From: Eledone cirrhosa
Taxonomy: Eukaryota
Assembly (NCBI GenBank): GCA_964016885.1
Contig: OZ024742.1
Span: 253,456,001-253,520,000, forward strand
Reading direction: 5' to 3'
Length of the DNA stretch: 64,000 nt
The translations under genes were made by a program, and so were the position numbers. Under the pieces are notes generated by a model that was given only the letters and a program-made list of their open reading frames with translations, ran no database searches and was not told where the DNA came from. Shown here piece by piece: positions 50,269-62,586 of this stretch (its first letter is position 1; each line of letters opens with the position of its first letter).

Positions 50269-53200
50269 TAAAATAATTAAATCAAATATTTAAAATTTGG
50301 CTTCGTTTATTAAAGATGTATTGCTATATATATTTCGGTGACAGCCATCATTGGCTGTGACCTCTTCAGGCAGTCCAAATTATCTAGCTCCACCACGTGT
50401 TGAGCGCTTCAAACAGGAGCGGACTTAAGTCACAATGGAAAAACTGGCAACCTTGGCGTCACTGAAGGATATCCCCCTACCTGGCAAACGAGAATACACC
50501 AGTGATCTCATCAAGAGTACGGACTCCCTTGTCCATAGGATGAGATGGAGAGCGTTCCACTTTGAAAGAGGAACGCCGCCTAAAATTACCAACACCCAAA
50601 ACATGGAGTACCTTTTTAGATCAAGGAGGAACCCTCCCCACAACAGGCTAATGGAGGAGTTAGAAAACGAGATGATTAACCCTATCTCCAAACTCAAATT
50701 ATCCGGAAACCCACCCAGAAGTCAGGAGTACCTCAGACACCTGGGAAACGGGATTACCAAACTTAAAGAGACAACTGGAATACTTGTCCATGCCGATAAA
50801 ACCAACAACCTCTACAACATGGACATTGAAATGTATAATAAGCTAATTCTCAGGGAACTGAGGAAATGCTACAAAAAAAAACACCTGGAGTTACCCTGGA
50901 TGAAATCAACGGCACAGCTTACAGGATTATATCCGGACTCGGCATAGAGGATAGGACGGCCCCATACCAACGAAGGGAGTCGAGGATTACCCTTAAAGAT
51001 CACAAGCCAAACTTTGAGTCCGACCTCTCAGTTAGACTAATAGCCCCCTCAGACCTAGGGATCGTCAGTAAAAGCATACTAGATAGGATTTTGCCCAAGC
51101 TTCGGAAAAAACTAGATTACAGCACGGGAGAGGTAATAGAATGGTTTAAGATACTACCTGAGAAAAGTAGGACCAGCTTTAACTACTCCTCAATCTCGCT
51201 CATAAAGCTCTTATCTTAGCGATGTCCAATACGGACCTAACCCGCGAGGAGGTGGGCATCCTCCACGCCGCCCGAAAGACCTTGATCCGTTTCGGTGGAG
51301 ACCTTTGGACCAGGGGTGATCGGTCAAATAACTTTGACATCACGATGTAACGGACCTGGTTGGGCTCTTCTTGTTGAAGCAGATAAAAGAAGAAATCCCC
51401 TGCTTGGGCGGCGGATTGTATCGTGACGATGCTCTGTTCACAGTCTATGACCACAGCACCACTATGGTGGAGAGAATGAAGAGGCGAATTGGGCATTTCT
51501 TTAAGAACCATGGGCTCAGTATCGAACTAGATCCAAATAGAAAGGTAGTTAACTTCCTAGACACCACCCTAAACCTAAACACCGAGCAATACTACCCCTA
51601 TCACAAGCCCAATGAGAAACTGGTATATGTTAACGCCAAGTCAAACCACCCTAGATCCATAATTAAGGCCCTAGTGAAGAATGTCTCGGACAGGATATCC
51701 AGCCTGTCCGCCAATAAGGAGATCTTCGATAGCAACGCAGAATATTACAACGCAGCTCTAAATAAGGCGGCGCATGGCCAAAATATATCATATAATCCGA
51801 GGCGTCATGACGGGGATAGCTCATCGGACACCCCGAACCACGGTATACGGGAGGGGAGGACCCTAACAGTACAGGCAGAGTGGAAACAACTAAACACCAT
51901 AAACCCGACACCACCATATTAGCGAAGGGGACGCGTACGCATAACCATGGGAGGAAACCCAGTACGAGTAGCGGTCTCAGGGGTGATACTAACCGCCCCG
52001 GGCCCGGCGCCTCCAACTGCAAGACACGAAGCGGGACTGATGGAGGACCATCCATGGTAGAACTCCCAGCGTGGGCAACAACCACTCCACATACGGGCCA
52101 GGAAGTTAGAAAAACACATAGCGCCCAAAGGGGAAGCAGCAATGCGGGAACCACTAGTAACCCAACAACTAGTAACCCAACAACTCCCCAACAGCCCACG
52201 GCACACTCAACCCACCCACATAGGAGTAGACACAGAAAAATCACGTGGTACAACCCATCCTACTCAGGGACCCTAAAGAACAGCATGGCCCGTTCATTCT
52301 TTAGAGCTCTAGATAAATGCTTCCCGAGGGACCATAGGTACCACAAGATCTTCAACAGACACACTGTGAAGCTCTCGTATTCTACCACGCGAAATGTGGC
52401 CCAGCACATAGCTAGCATCAATAGGGGTAGACTTAAACACCAGACACAACCAGAAGCTGGCAATATAAGCATCCAGCAGAACCATGTGGAGGGAAAGAAG
52501 GGTGGACCCAGTACCCACCCTGGAAACCCAAACAGACCCAGGGACCCCCCACCGGGCCTGGGGGAGGACCACCATGTAATACGCAACGGCAACCCCACAT
52601 TAGGCACTCGGGGGTCGACCACCTCCTGCAACTGCAGAAACCCAGCATTATGCCCCCTTAGTAATGAATGCCTAAGGAAGAACATTATACGGATGTAGAG
52701 TAAAAAAACCCAACTCTGAACACCTTTACATACGAGCCACATCAACGAGCTTTAAAGACCGATGGTATAACCATCGCCATTCCTTTAATAGCGAGGACAA
52801 ACTGAAAAGTACTGCTCTTTCCGAACTGATCTGGAAGCTCAAGCTGGACAGGACCCCGTACTCTCTGGCATGGTCCAAAATCAGGAAAGTACCACCTGAT
52901 AAAGGGGGATCTGGCTCTGCAAACTATCTCTGAGCGAGACTCTCGAGATACTCAGTGGTAGAAGCAGCATAATAAACCACAGGACTGACTTCTTCGGGAC
53001 ATGTAGACACCTCAGGGCTGGGACCTTCCTCAAGCTATATGGACAATAACAACACATTGGGATGGGAAATTCCCTCAAGCTATAGGAACAGTAGCCCCGC
53101 TACACCGAGCCCACGGTAAACCCCCACACACAAATTCTTCTGAACATAGCAGCAGCGAATCAAAGCTGACCTGCCAGCTGACCCCTTAACACCACTACCA

Positions 53201-53575
53201 CTACCAACACAATGGAGGAGGTCAGCTGTACTTAACAAAAACAACCACAATAGATTTTCTTGCCTCAGAAAAATTTCTATAGACTTTTCACTGAGGAATG
53301 TTCTCACAACTGACCAATGGGGGGAGAGTATCCTATGACGTTGTTCGAATTGATATGATTCCAGTTACTCAGAGAAATAACACCCGAACCATGAGCTGGA
53401 TATATCGAAGTATTGACGGAGTAAAACACTTCAACAACATGTGTACCTGTCTCAACCACACAAATTCGGACTGCCTGAAGAGGTCACAGCCAATGATGGC
53501 TGTCACCGAAATATATATAGCAGTACATCTTTAATAAACGAAGCCAAATTTTAAATATTTGACTTAATTATTTTA
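50269..53575 (+). mobile_element. Near full-length Naiad-type Penelope-like element with ~113-bp terminal inverted pLTR copies; frameshifted
   Basis: SLKDIPLPGKREY..RMRWRAFHF; ADKTNNLY; ITLKDHKPNF..RLI; GGGLYRDDAL; VNFLDTTLNL..PYHKPN..SNHP; RKITWYNP; CNCRNPALCPLSNEC; GIY-YIG to ~53049. 50269-50381 is the reverse complement of 53463-53575. Confidence 0.95.
53468..53526 (+). ncRNA. Minimal type I hammerhead in the 3' pLTR (antisense copy at ~50318-50376)
   Basis: ACTGC/GCAGT stem I; CTGAAGA at 53475-53481; stem II GGT-c-ACAGCCA/TGGCTGT-c-ACC; GAAA; palindromic TATATA stem III. AATAAA downstream. Confidence 0.88.
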
Positions 53576-53726
53576 TATATAAAAACAAATAACGAAACGA
53601 AATTAAATTTCGTTTCATTTGTAACTCACTTTTGTATGACTGACGCTTAACAATGTATACGTGTGTGTATTCATATGCATACTAGTATTTCAGTATACAT
53701 ATGTGGATGTACATCTTTAACTTAAT

Positions 53727-53824
<98 letters not shown>

Positions 53825-53890
53825 AAAAAAGATGAAATCGAAAATGCAACTGGAGTCTTATTTAAAAAAATATATATATATTTATTTGGT

Positions 53891-53931
53891 TCCTTTACCG
53901 GTTTCACAGTTCTTCTGCTTTTCAAAAGTAG
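53891..53931 (-). ncRNA. Minimal hammerhead with a U3-A8 variant core
   Basis: Minus strand: CTT-TTGAAAA-GCAG-aagaa-CTGT-GAAAC-cg-GTA-AAG, then AATAAA. Confidence 0.6.
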
Positions 53932-54028
53932 AGTTGAGATGGAGGGTCTGGGGTTTTTGTCACATCTGTGAGATGTGAGAAAAACCTCAGACCCTCCATC
54001 TCAACTCTACTTTTGAAAAGCAGAAGAA
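53910..54028. repeat. 58-bp-arm hairpin (fold-back pLTR remnant) at the Gypsy truncation point
   Basis: The arms differ at two positions; spacer GTG. Confidence 0.92.
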
Positions 54029-55242
54029 AGGAGTGCATGAAACTGGTTTCCAGCGGCAGCCACAAAAAATGACGGACTGGCAGCAGTAGTGGTAGATTTA
54101 CAAGTAGGCGTAGATAAGGATGTGGTACTATCCACAAATTTCTGGTTCCCGACATCTACCAAAAGTGAATAGAAATCCACACCGAGAATAGGATGAGGTA
54201 GGTCGGCAATGACAAAAATCCATTTGAAATCTCGACGCAAAGCTAGGTCCAATGATAAAGATATCTGTCCATAAGTTTTTATAGGAGACTGGTTTACTGC
54301 ATACAAGGAAATGCCGGAAAGATTTGGCTTGGTAGAGTTGAACAGTAAGGGCCAAATACTGCAACTAGATCCTGTGTCCACCATAAATGATTTGTTTGAA
54401 ACTCGGTCTCTGATGATGACAGCACGATAAGTTGAATTGTTAAGGGAGAGGTCTGCTGTGTTCATACTCTCCAAACTTAGTTTTTTCGATGCCCCAAAAG
54501 AGCAGGGCTGAATACAATGTTTCACCTTTTCACGAAAACGGATGTGATACCAACACAAAGACGAGTTGTTGGCGGGGAGGCTCGCGCGATGGTGAAAGGA
54601 AGAAGACCGACTACGTGAACGCCACCTAGATGGCGTTCGATCCCTACATAGTTTAGCTACTTGCCTAGTTAACGCGTCAATGGCTCTCAACATTGAGTCC
54701 TCACGAGGTGAAGCAGGCTGGGTTTTGAAAGCAGAAAAGGCAATGACCGAATCAGCCGAGGTAGGTTCTCTAGAAAATTCAATAATTCTGTCCGCAGAGG
54801 CAGCAATTTGTTCTATCGAACTCGTGTCAACCGTAGTAGCCAATATGGTTTGCGCACTGGTTGGCAAACGGGAGAAGAATAACTTTTTTACGAAGGAACT
54901 GTCTTCGGGCGCAGCATCACTGAGTTCACGGATACGCCGTAAAAACTCTGTACGAGTTCTGTCCCCCAGATTTTCATCCTCTAATAAGGAACGAAATTTA
55001 CTCTGAGACGACCTACTGTTCCTACGCAGTACCTCTGTCTTCAAAGACTCGTAGGAAACACCTTGGGGAGGCTCCGTAATTATGTCTTTTACTGTAATTG
55101 CTGGTGAAGCTGGAATTCCGCTGATTAGCACGTTTAATTTTTTCTGTTTTTCCTGTACTCCGTTGACCGCAAAATACGCATCGAGCTGGGCGAACCACAA
55201 TTTGGCATCGCCAGAATACACTGGTAACGATGTGTTGCTCAT
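54007..55242 (-). CDS. Ty3/Gypsy gag-protease ORF (truncated before RT)
   Basis: LWFAQLDAYF, YESLK, LGDR..EFLR and FFSRLP gag motifs; CWYH..F...A/V..C..PC knuckle; aspartic protease FMVDTGSSCS..PILG.DF. Confidence 0.9.
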   Translation of the reverse strand: MSNTSLPVYSGDAKLWFAQLDAYFAVNGVQEKQKKLNVLISGIPASPAITVKDIITEPPQGVSYESLKTEVLRRNSRSSQSKFRSLLEDENLGDRTRTEFLRRIRELSDAAPEDSSFVKKLFFSRLPTSAQTILATTVDTSSIEQIAASADRIIEFSREPTSADSVIAFSAFKTQPASPREDSMLRAIDALTRQVAKLCRDRTPSRWRSRSRSSSFHHRASLPANNSSLCWYHIRFREKVKHCIQPCSFGASKKLSLESMNTADLSLNNSTYRAVIIRDRVSNKSFMVDTGSSCSIWPLLFNSTKPNLSGISLYAVNQSPIKTYGQISLSLDLALRRDFKWIFVIADLPHPILGVDFYSLLVDVGNQKFVDSTTSLSTPTCKSTTTAASPSFFVAAAGNQFHALLSSAFQK

Positions 55243-55357
55243 GATGAAATTTGGTCGAGAGAGATGATTTTCTTTTTCAAAACGTCGGGAGAAATTATAT
55301 ATTCAAACGTCGGTAGAAAATATATGTTCAGACGTCGATAGAAAATATATATTCAGA

Positions 55358-55368
55358 CGGGGTCACCA
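55358..55368 (-). promoter_or_regulatory. Primer-binding site, tRNA-Trp type
   Basis: Minus-strand TGGTGACCCCG is complementary to the eukaryotic tRNA-Trp 3' end (..CGGGGUCACCA). Confidence 0.8.
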
Positions 55369-55370
55369 CT

Positions 55371-55775
55371 TTTAGTGAGTTGGTTCCAGGGTTACTTACT
55401 CCAGTAAGTACCACCGGAACCCAACTACTAAATTTGATAGAAATAAGAGATAGGAGAATTTTCATACAATTTCATCTGAAGTAATAACTGAAGCATAATA
55501 AGTTTCTCAAAACGAGTATCAAAATAACTTGCGTTTATTGTAGTCCGTGAATTACATATGTGGTAAACAAATGTGCCTCGTGGCATGACAAGGTATAATC
55601 CTGAATTATAAGATATGGTTGAAAAAGGTTAGCATGCTTGCGCTCGATGTGACCAGTTTGAGAGGTGACGCCAAAAAGAGAGTGAGTGAGCAAGAGAGGT
55701 CGAGTGACGTCAGAACGCTCCCTTATAACTCCAATTAGTTTTTTCTCCCTGAGCAAGGTGGCGCTAGTCGCTACG
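55371..55775 (-). mobile_element. Gypsy 5' LTR (~400 bp)
   Basis: Directly upstream of the PBS. Minus-strand TATAAG (~55725) and AATAAA (~55536). Ends are degenerate (CGTAG.. / ..CTAAA) and there is no second LTR in the window. Confidence 0.7.
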
Positions 55776-58016
55776 AAGGCTTCAGGCTTCTGGAATTCTG
55801 CGACACCAATGACATGTCGATATGTAACACAAACTTAAAAAAACCCAACAACCATCTGATCACCTATAGATCGGGAGAGCATTCTATTCAGATAGATGTT
55901 ATCCTCATCAGAGGGCGTGATAGATGGATGGTTGTAAACACAAAAGCCTTCCCTGGTGAGGAATGTACCTCCCAACATAACTTAGTTGTCAGCGACCTCA
56001 CTGTCAAAAACTAGACAAACTTGGAAACAGAAGGCAACCTGGAGAAGAAAGATCTGGAAGCTGAAACACCCCTCAGTCAGTAACAGGTTTAAAGATATTC
56101 TATTCGACGTCTATGACAGTAAAGAAGAACAGATAGAGACATTCAATATAGAAGAGCACTGGGAGATTGTGAGGCAGTGTGTCAGAGAGAATTGTGATGT
56201 CATTGGAGAGAAGTGTATCCGGAATGATAATGGTAAGCTTGCCCTCACAAATGCTGAGAAGAAAGCTGCATGGAAGAGCCATTATGAAAGATTACTAAAC
56301 GAGGAGAACGCATGGGGAAAAGAGACCCTACCCCAAGCGGACCCTATAGAGGGGCTTGCAGTACAAGTCAGCAGCAGCGTAGTAAGTAAGGCAATCAAAG
56401 ATATGAAGACAGGGAAGGCAACTGGTCCATCGGGTATAGCTGCCGAGATGCTGAAGGCATCTGGGTCGGTAGGTCACACCACAACCACACAAATTGTTAA
56501 CCAGCTAATACGAGAGGGTATCATACCAAAGGATTGGTGCAGCAGCATCACTGTCAACTGCTACAAAGGTAAAGATGATGCACTAGATAGAGGAAACTAT
56601 AGAGGTATAAAGCTGATGGACCAGGTCATGAAAGTAATGGAAAGAGTTATAGCACAGTTGATTAGGGACCGGGTGAAACTAGATGAGATGCAATTTGGGT
56701 TTGTACCAGGAAAAGGCATCACTGATGACCTCTTCCTTGTGAGGCAGTTACAGGAAAAGTACCTAGCTAAAAGTAAGCCGCTCTACCTGGCATTCGTCGA
56801 TCTGGAAAAAGCCTTCGATAGGTTATAATCTGGTGGGCTCTTAGAAAATTAGGAGTAGATGAATGGCTTGTGAAAGCTGTACAAGCCATGTATAGAGGAG
56901 CAGTCAGGAAAGTTAGAGTTAGCAATGATTATAGCAAGGAATTTAGCATACAGGTCAATGTCCACTAGGGCTCTGTTCTTAGCCCTGTCCTGTTCATTAT
57001 AATTTTGCAGGCAATAACAGAGGAGTTTAAGACCGGATGCCAATGGGAACTCCTATATGCAGATGATCTCACACTTATAGCTGATTCCATGGTGGAACTA
57101 GAGAAGAAATTCCAAACATGGAAGCAGGGACTAGAAAGAAAGGGTCTCAAAGGCAACCTGACAAAGACTAAGGTCCTCATAAGTAGACAAGAAAACAGAA
57201 CCCAGATCCCCTCAGGGAAATGGCCTTGCTCAGTATGTAGGAAAGGTGTAGGTAGGAACTCCATCCTCTGCCCCAAATGCAAACAATGGGTACACAAGAG
57301 ATGTAGTGGGATCTCAGGAATTTTAACTAAGAATGTAGTAGCTGCGCTGGGACAGCAGGCAGCAAACAACCACAGGAAACAAGCACCACGAAACTCTGGG
57401 AGGGCTCTGTAGAAACATTAGATAGCTTCTGCTACCTAGGTGACTGAATTAGCAGTGGAGGTGGGTGTTCGGAAAGTACAATAACTAGGGTAAGAACGGG
57501 ATGTAAGAAGTTCAGAGAGCTACTGCCACTGCTAGCTGCAAAAGTCTTTCTCCTCAAAATGAAAGGCACATGGTATGATGCGTGTATACGAACAGCAATG
57601 TTACATGGTAGTGAGACCTGGGCGCTGTCTGTAGAAGACTTGCGCAGATTAGAAAGAAACGAAGCTTGCATGCTCCGATGTATGTGTAATATTAATATAC
57701 GCGAACGGCAAAGCATAAACAAATTGAGAGAGAGACTGAGCATAAGAGGAATAAAATGCTGGGTGCAGGAGAGGAGGTTACGTTGGTATGGACATGTGAC
57801 GCATATGAAGGATGACAGCTGCATAAAAAGGTGCAGAGCGCTAGAAGTCGATAGAAGTCGCAGAGTGGGGAGACCCAAGAAGACCCGGGATGAGGTGATA
57901 AAGGCCGACCTTACCCAATTGCACCTCTCAAGGGCAATAACACACGAGCGTGACCTCTGGCATCACGCAGTAATGCAAAAGACCCGACTTCCCACAGGAA
58001 CAAGCCGACGCTAAAG
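55776..58016 (+). mobile_element. RTE LINE pseudogene: APE C-terminus, RT, Cys-rich insert and C-terminus
   Basis: LLEFC..ICNT..TY..QID.IL..SQHNLV; KATGPSG; KGK.D..NYRGI.L; QFGF; FVDLEKAFD; LLYADDL; CSVC..C..C..WVHKRC; RRLRWYGHV. Multiple stops and frameshifts. Confidence 0.95.
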
Positions 58017-58389
58017 CATATAGACAATTTTTCCTTCTTTTCAATTTTATCATCCATGATGGTGCTTCTAGTAGCTGACAAAGCCAAATTTGCAAAGAAA
58101 AATTGTCCACACAGGTCACAGCTGATGGTCAGTGGAGGTCTTGGTTGGAGATAGTAAATTTTTGGTTACAACCATTTATGTTTCTCAGTTCTCGAGTGAT
58201 TCTCCTCAAACTGTGCTGCACCTAACTTGATTAGATGATGTCACACTGTTCTGTCTTTAACGTATTGTTTACAAGACTTAAGGTTGATGTTGGTGTTCTT
58301 CATTGTCTGTTTCAATTAGTTTTTGTATTATTGTATGGGATAGCTGTGTGATCTCTTTCCTGTGCTGAGTTCACTGTAGAAGATTTGAA

Positions 58390-60300
58390 CTAGCAGTCTG
58401 GTGCTAGTGAGAATTGACAGTGCTGGTGGGGTCCAACATAGCTCAGTCCTCAGTCCACTTCTGTTTATCATTGTCCTTCAGGCCGTTACTGAGGAATTTA
58501 AAACTGGTACTCCATGTCAACTCCCATATGCTGCTGCCCTAGTTCTCATAGTTGAATCCATGGGAGAATTTGAGACAACATATTAAGCACAGGAGAAAAC
58601 TCTAATAGAGTCGAAAGTCATAATAAGTAATAAGAAGAGTGGCAGCTGATAACATCAGGGAAATGGCCTTGTATGATTCATCATAAAAAACTTGGCAGTA
58701 ATCCCATTAAGGTGCATATAGTATAATTTATAGATGCACAAGAAATGTAGTGGGATTACCTGTAGGCTAAGAGAAAAGATAGACTTTGTATATAGCAGGT
58801 GCACACATGAAATAGATATTCTCAGTTGCTGGGGTGCCTACTTAGAAGTCATTAACAGCTTTTGTTACCTAGGTGACCAAATCTGCAATGGGGAAGATGC
58901 CCTGAAATTGTGATAGCCAGAGTAAGAATCTGCTGGAAGAAATTTAGGGAACTGGTTCCTCTCCTGACAACACTGGGCTACTTTCTCAGTGTGTAAAATA
59001 GATTATATGATAACTTTATGTGAACTGCAATGCTACATGGCAGTGAAAAATGAGCATTGACTGCAGAAGGTTAGAAAGAAATGAAGTATGTGTGCTCTGA
59101 TGGATATCTAACATTGGAGGGGCATGAAATGTAGCATAAGTGAGCTGAGAGAAAAATTTGGCATAAGAGGAATTAGATGCATTGTGTCAGAAAGAAGACT
59201 GCATTGCTATAGACATATAATGCATATGGAAGATGGCAGCTGTATAAAGAAATAGAGAAATCTCAGTGTTTGAGAACTAATAGAAGAAAAACAGTCCCAA
59301 GAAAACTTGGGATGAAGTAGTGACGAATGATCTTAAGAAGCTGAACCTCAAAGGACCATGAGGGCTGGTACTATGCTGTGCAGGTGAAAACTTGTATACC
59401 TGCATAAAATGTGACTCTACCCATCTGCATGTCTTCCTCCTCCACTAGCTACACTCCTTAGTAGCTACACTCACCTTCACTGTACTCCCCCAGGCCCATC
59501 CATGGCCCTCACCCATTATCACTCCTAAGCTATTCTCACCATCACTACACCCCCCTCTAAAGACATCAGTAGCTACTTTCATCATCCCTGTGACCCCCCT
59601 CCCCCTTCTATCACACCTTAACTATTCTCACTATCTCTACATACTTCCTAAAAAATCCTGGCATCCCTGTAACACTCTCCACTCTGCCATCGGCCATACA
59701 TGCGTAACATCATACTTATCTTCCTTCTTTCTCTTCTGCACCTATCCGAGCTGGTGCCACAAAAATGCCCTCAGTACATCCTGTAAAGTAGTTGGTAATA
59801 TGAAGGGCGCCCTGCTGTTGAAACCATGTAAAAAAGAGTTGAAAAAACTCCTCAGTTTTGTCAATGACACATCGACCTCTACAGGATAAACACACCCAGT
59901 ATATGCTGTAAAGTGGTTGGTGATAGAAAGGGCACCCAGCCATAGAAAGCTTGCCAAACAAAGGGTTGGAAGGATCATTCAGTTGTGTCAATGACATGGC
60001 AACCTCCCTATTATTGAAGATTTACATGATAAGCACACCAGTATACCCTGTAAACTAGCCAGTGATAGGAAAGGCATCCCACCATCAAAACCTGCTAAAC
60101 AAAGGCTTAGGAGAACCTTTCAGTTGTGTCAAAGATAAAGTGCTGGTGTCAGGATAAATTGCACTTAGTAGAGTGCGGGATCATATGTAAGTGAGATACG
60201 AGCCCCTGACCCATCTGAGAAGTAGAAGCCCTGTTTGCATACTGATTCCATCTGTGCAGACCTGTCCTAACCTTGCTAGTAGAGAAGACAGATACGTATA
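58390..60300 (+). mobile_element. Older degraded RTE LINE with a 3' UTR containing tandem SINE-like central repeats
   Basis: GVQHSSVLSPLLFIIVLQAVTEEFKTG and downstream homology to 57.0-58.0 kb. ~115-bp tandem units at ~59750-60150; tail near 60260-60300. Confidence 0.8.
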
Positions 60301-60879
60301 TATATATATATTTACATTTAGTCTGTATGCGTGTGTGTATTGGAATAAAAAGGAGGCACAAAAGACTAAGACAATGAAAAAATAAAACAAATGTCTAATA
60401 ACTTAGCAGTTCAAAAACAAACATATATTGACGAAATAAGCACCAGATTTAAAAAAAATAATCAAATGAGTGCTGGGATCCTTATGATTGACAGAATCCC
60501 TTCAAACTCCCAGAATACACACATTTGAAAGAACTGAATCCAGTAATTTAATTGTTTCTATATTTAGCACAAGGCCAGTGAAACCAGTAATAAAAGAATT
60601 AATCATTGATGCTTTCAAATGCATTAACTGATACAAGAGCTTAAATTATAAAATATACTTTAATGTGCTTCATTGAATATATTGCTTTCTTATGGCATTT
60701 GTATTAACTCTTTTGTGACGATATTTCTAAAATAAAAAAAATATAATATGCTGTTTACTGCTACTACTGCAAACCTTTTAAGTTCAATTTCCCAGCTAAA
60801 GCAAGAGATAGCCTTGTGAACCCCATGACAATCTTCACACTTATCAGTTTTTTACAGCAAGATGCCTTTTGTTACCTTC

Positions 60880-61830
60880 TAAGACACAGATAAATGATAT
60901 GCCTAATCTATTTAGCCATCTCTTATGACGCACACACAAATATGATGCATCTAATCTATTTATGACACTCAGAGATATCCTTCATTTATTCTATTTATGT
61001 CACAAATATATGATGTATCTATTCTATTTATGACACATATAGAGGCACATGGCTTAGTGGTTAGAGCATTGGCCTTGCAATCGAAAGGTTGTGAGTTCAA
61101 TTTTCAGACCGGGTGATGTGTTGTTTCCTTGAGCAAGACACTTTATTTCACATTGCTCCAGTTTACTCAGCTGTAGAAATGAGATGATAGGACTGGGGTC
61201 CCTATCATTCCACTGCAGAGTGGTCGTGGAGGTGCCACGGCAAAAAAGCACCCAGCCCACACTGTAAAGTGGACGTGTAGGCACCACGGGAAAAAAGCAC
61301 CCAGCACTCACTGTAAATGAGGTTGGTGTTAGGAAGGGCATCCAGCTGTAGAAATCAAGCCAGAATCAGTTCCCGTCCCACCCTTGCAAGCAGGGAAAAG
61401 CGGACGTAAAATGATGATGATGATATAGATGTGATATATCTATTCTATTTATGACACAGATATATGATGTATCTCTTCTATTTATGACACATAGATATGA
61501 TGTATCTATTTTATTTATGACACACTGAGACATCCTACATTTATTCTATTTATGACACAGATATATGATGTATCTATTCTATTTATGACACATATAGATA
61601 TGATGTATCTATTTTATTTATGACAACGATATATGATGTATCTCTTCTATTTATGACATATAGATATGATGTATCTATTTTATTTATGACACACTGAGAC
61701 ATCCTACATTTATTCTATTTATGACACAGATATATGATGTATCTATTCTATTTATGACACATATAGATATGATGTATCTATTCTATTTATGACACTGAAA
61801 TAAGGTTTACCTATTTTATTTATCACACTC
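60880..61830. repeat. ~30-bp minisatellite interrupted by a SINE
   Basis: TATGATGTATCTATTCTATTTATGACACAGA units lie on both sides of 61041-61423. Confidence 0.92.
61041..61423 (+). mobile_element. SINE family A with a duplicated ~45-bp central unit
   Basis: Consensus match; GGCACCACGG.AAAAAAGCACCCAGC..ACTGTAAA occurs twice. Confidence 0.93.
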
Positions 61831-62103
61831 ATGTTTTGTATATCCTATTTATCATACACATAAATGAATGGCAGTGGTGGTAGTGGGGTTGATGGTTGTG
61901 GTGGTGAGCCCCTGTTAGTGTTGGTGAAGAGTAGTCAGTTGTTTGATCAATGAGAGTCTGAATTGTGAATTAAATGTGTAAGTAGTTAAGTATTCCACAG
62001 ACACAGATACTCTTTATGTAATTCCCTGGCAGAATCAGCATCTCACAATATGTGGCAAAGCTGGTCTTTTGAATAACAGGTACAGTCCAGTTTGTATTAT
62101 AGG

Positions 62104-62291
62104 GTGGATTGGCAGTATCGGTAGAGGATCGGATGCCATGTTTTGAAGCATAGAGTTACCTCCCTTTATGATCTGAGTTCAAATCCCGCTGAGGTTAACT
62201 TTGCCTTTCATCCTTATGGGGTCGATAAAGTAAAGTACCAGTCATGCACTGGGATAATTGCTGGCCTTGTGTCAAAAGTAGAAACAATTAT
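62104..62291 (+). mobile_element. SINE family B
   Basis: Consensus motifs. Confidence 0.9.
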
Positions 62292-62470
62292 AGTTCAAGT
62301 GTAGGTGGTTGAGTATTCCACAGACACATGTACCCTTAATGTAATTTTCAAGAAGAATCAGCCTTACTCGATATGTGACAAGTTTAGATCTTTGAATAAC
62401 AGTTACAATCCATTTGATGGGCTTCCACACTGTTTCTGTCTACCCAAATTTTATTATAAATTATAGTTGA

Positions 62471-62586
62471 GAGGTTGGTGTTAGGAAGGGCATCCAGCTG
62501 TAGAAATCAAGCCAGAATCAGTTCCCGTCCCACCCTTGCAAGCAGGGAAAAGTGGATGTAAAATGATGATGATGATGATGATGATA
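62471..62586 (+). mobile_element. SINE family A 3' fragment
   Basis: Matches the 3' ~115 bp of the consensus. Confidence 0.9.

Noticed and set aside
50435-53049. Selenocysteine-recoding Naiad
   Set aside because: The conserved Cys positions I could read are normal Cys codons, and the disruptions look like ordinary frameshifts and stops.
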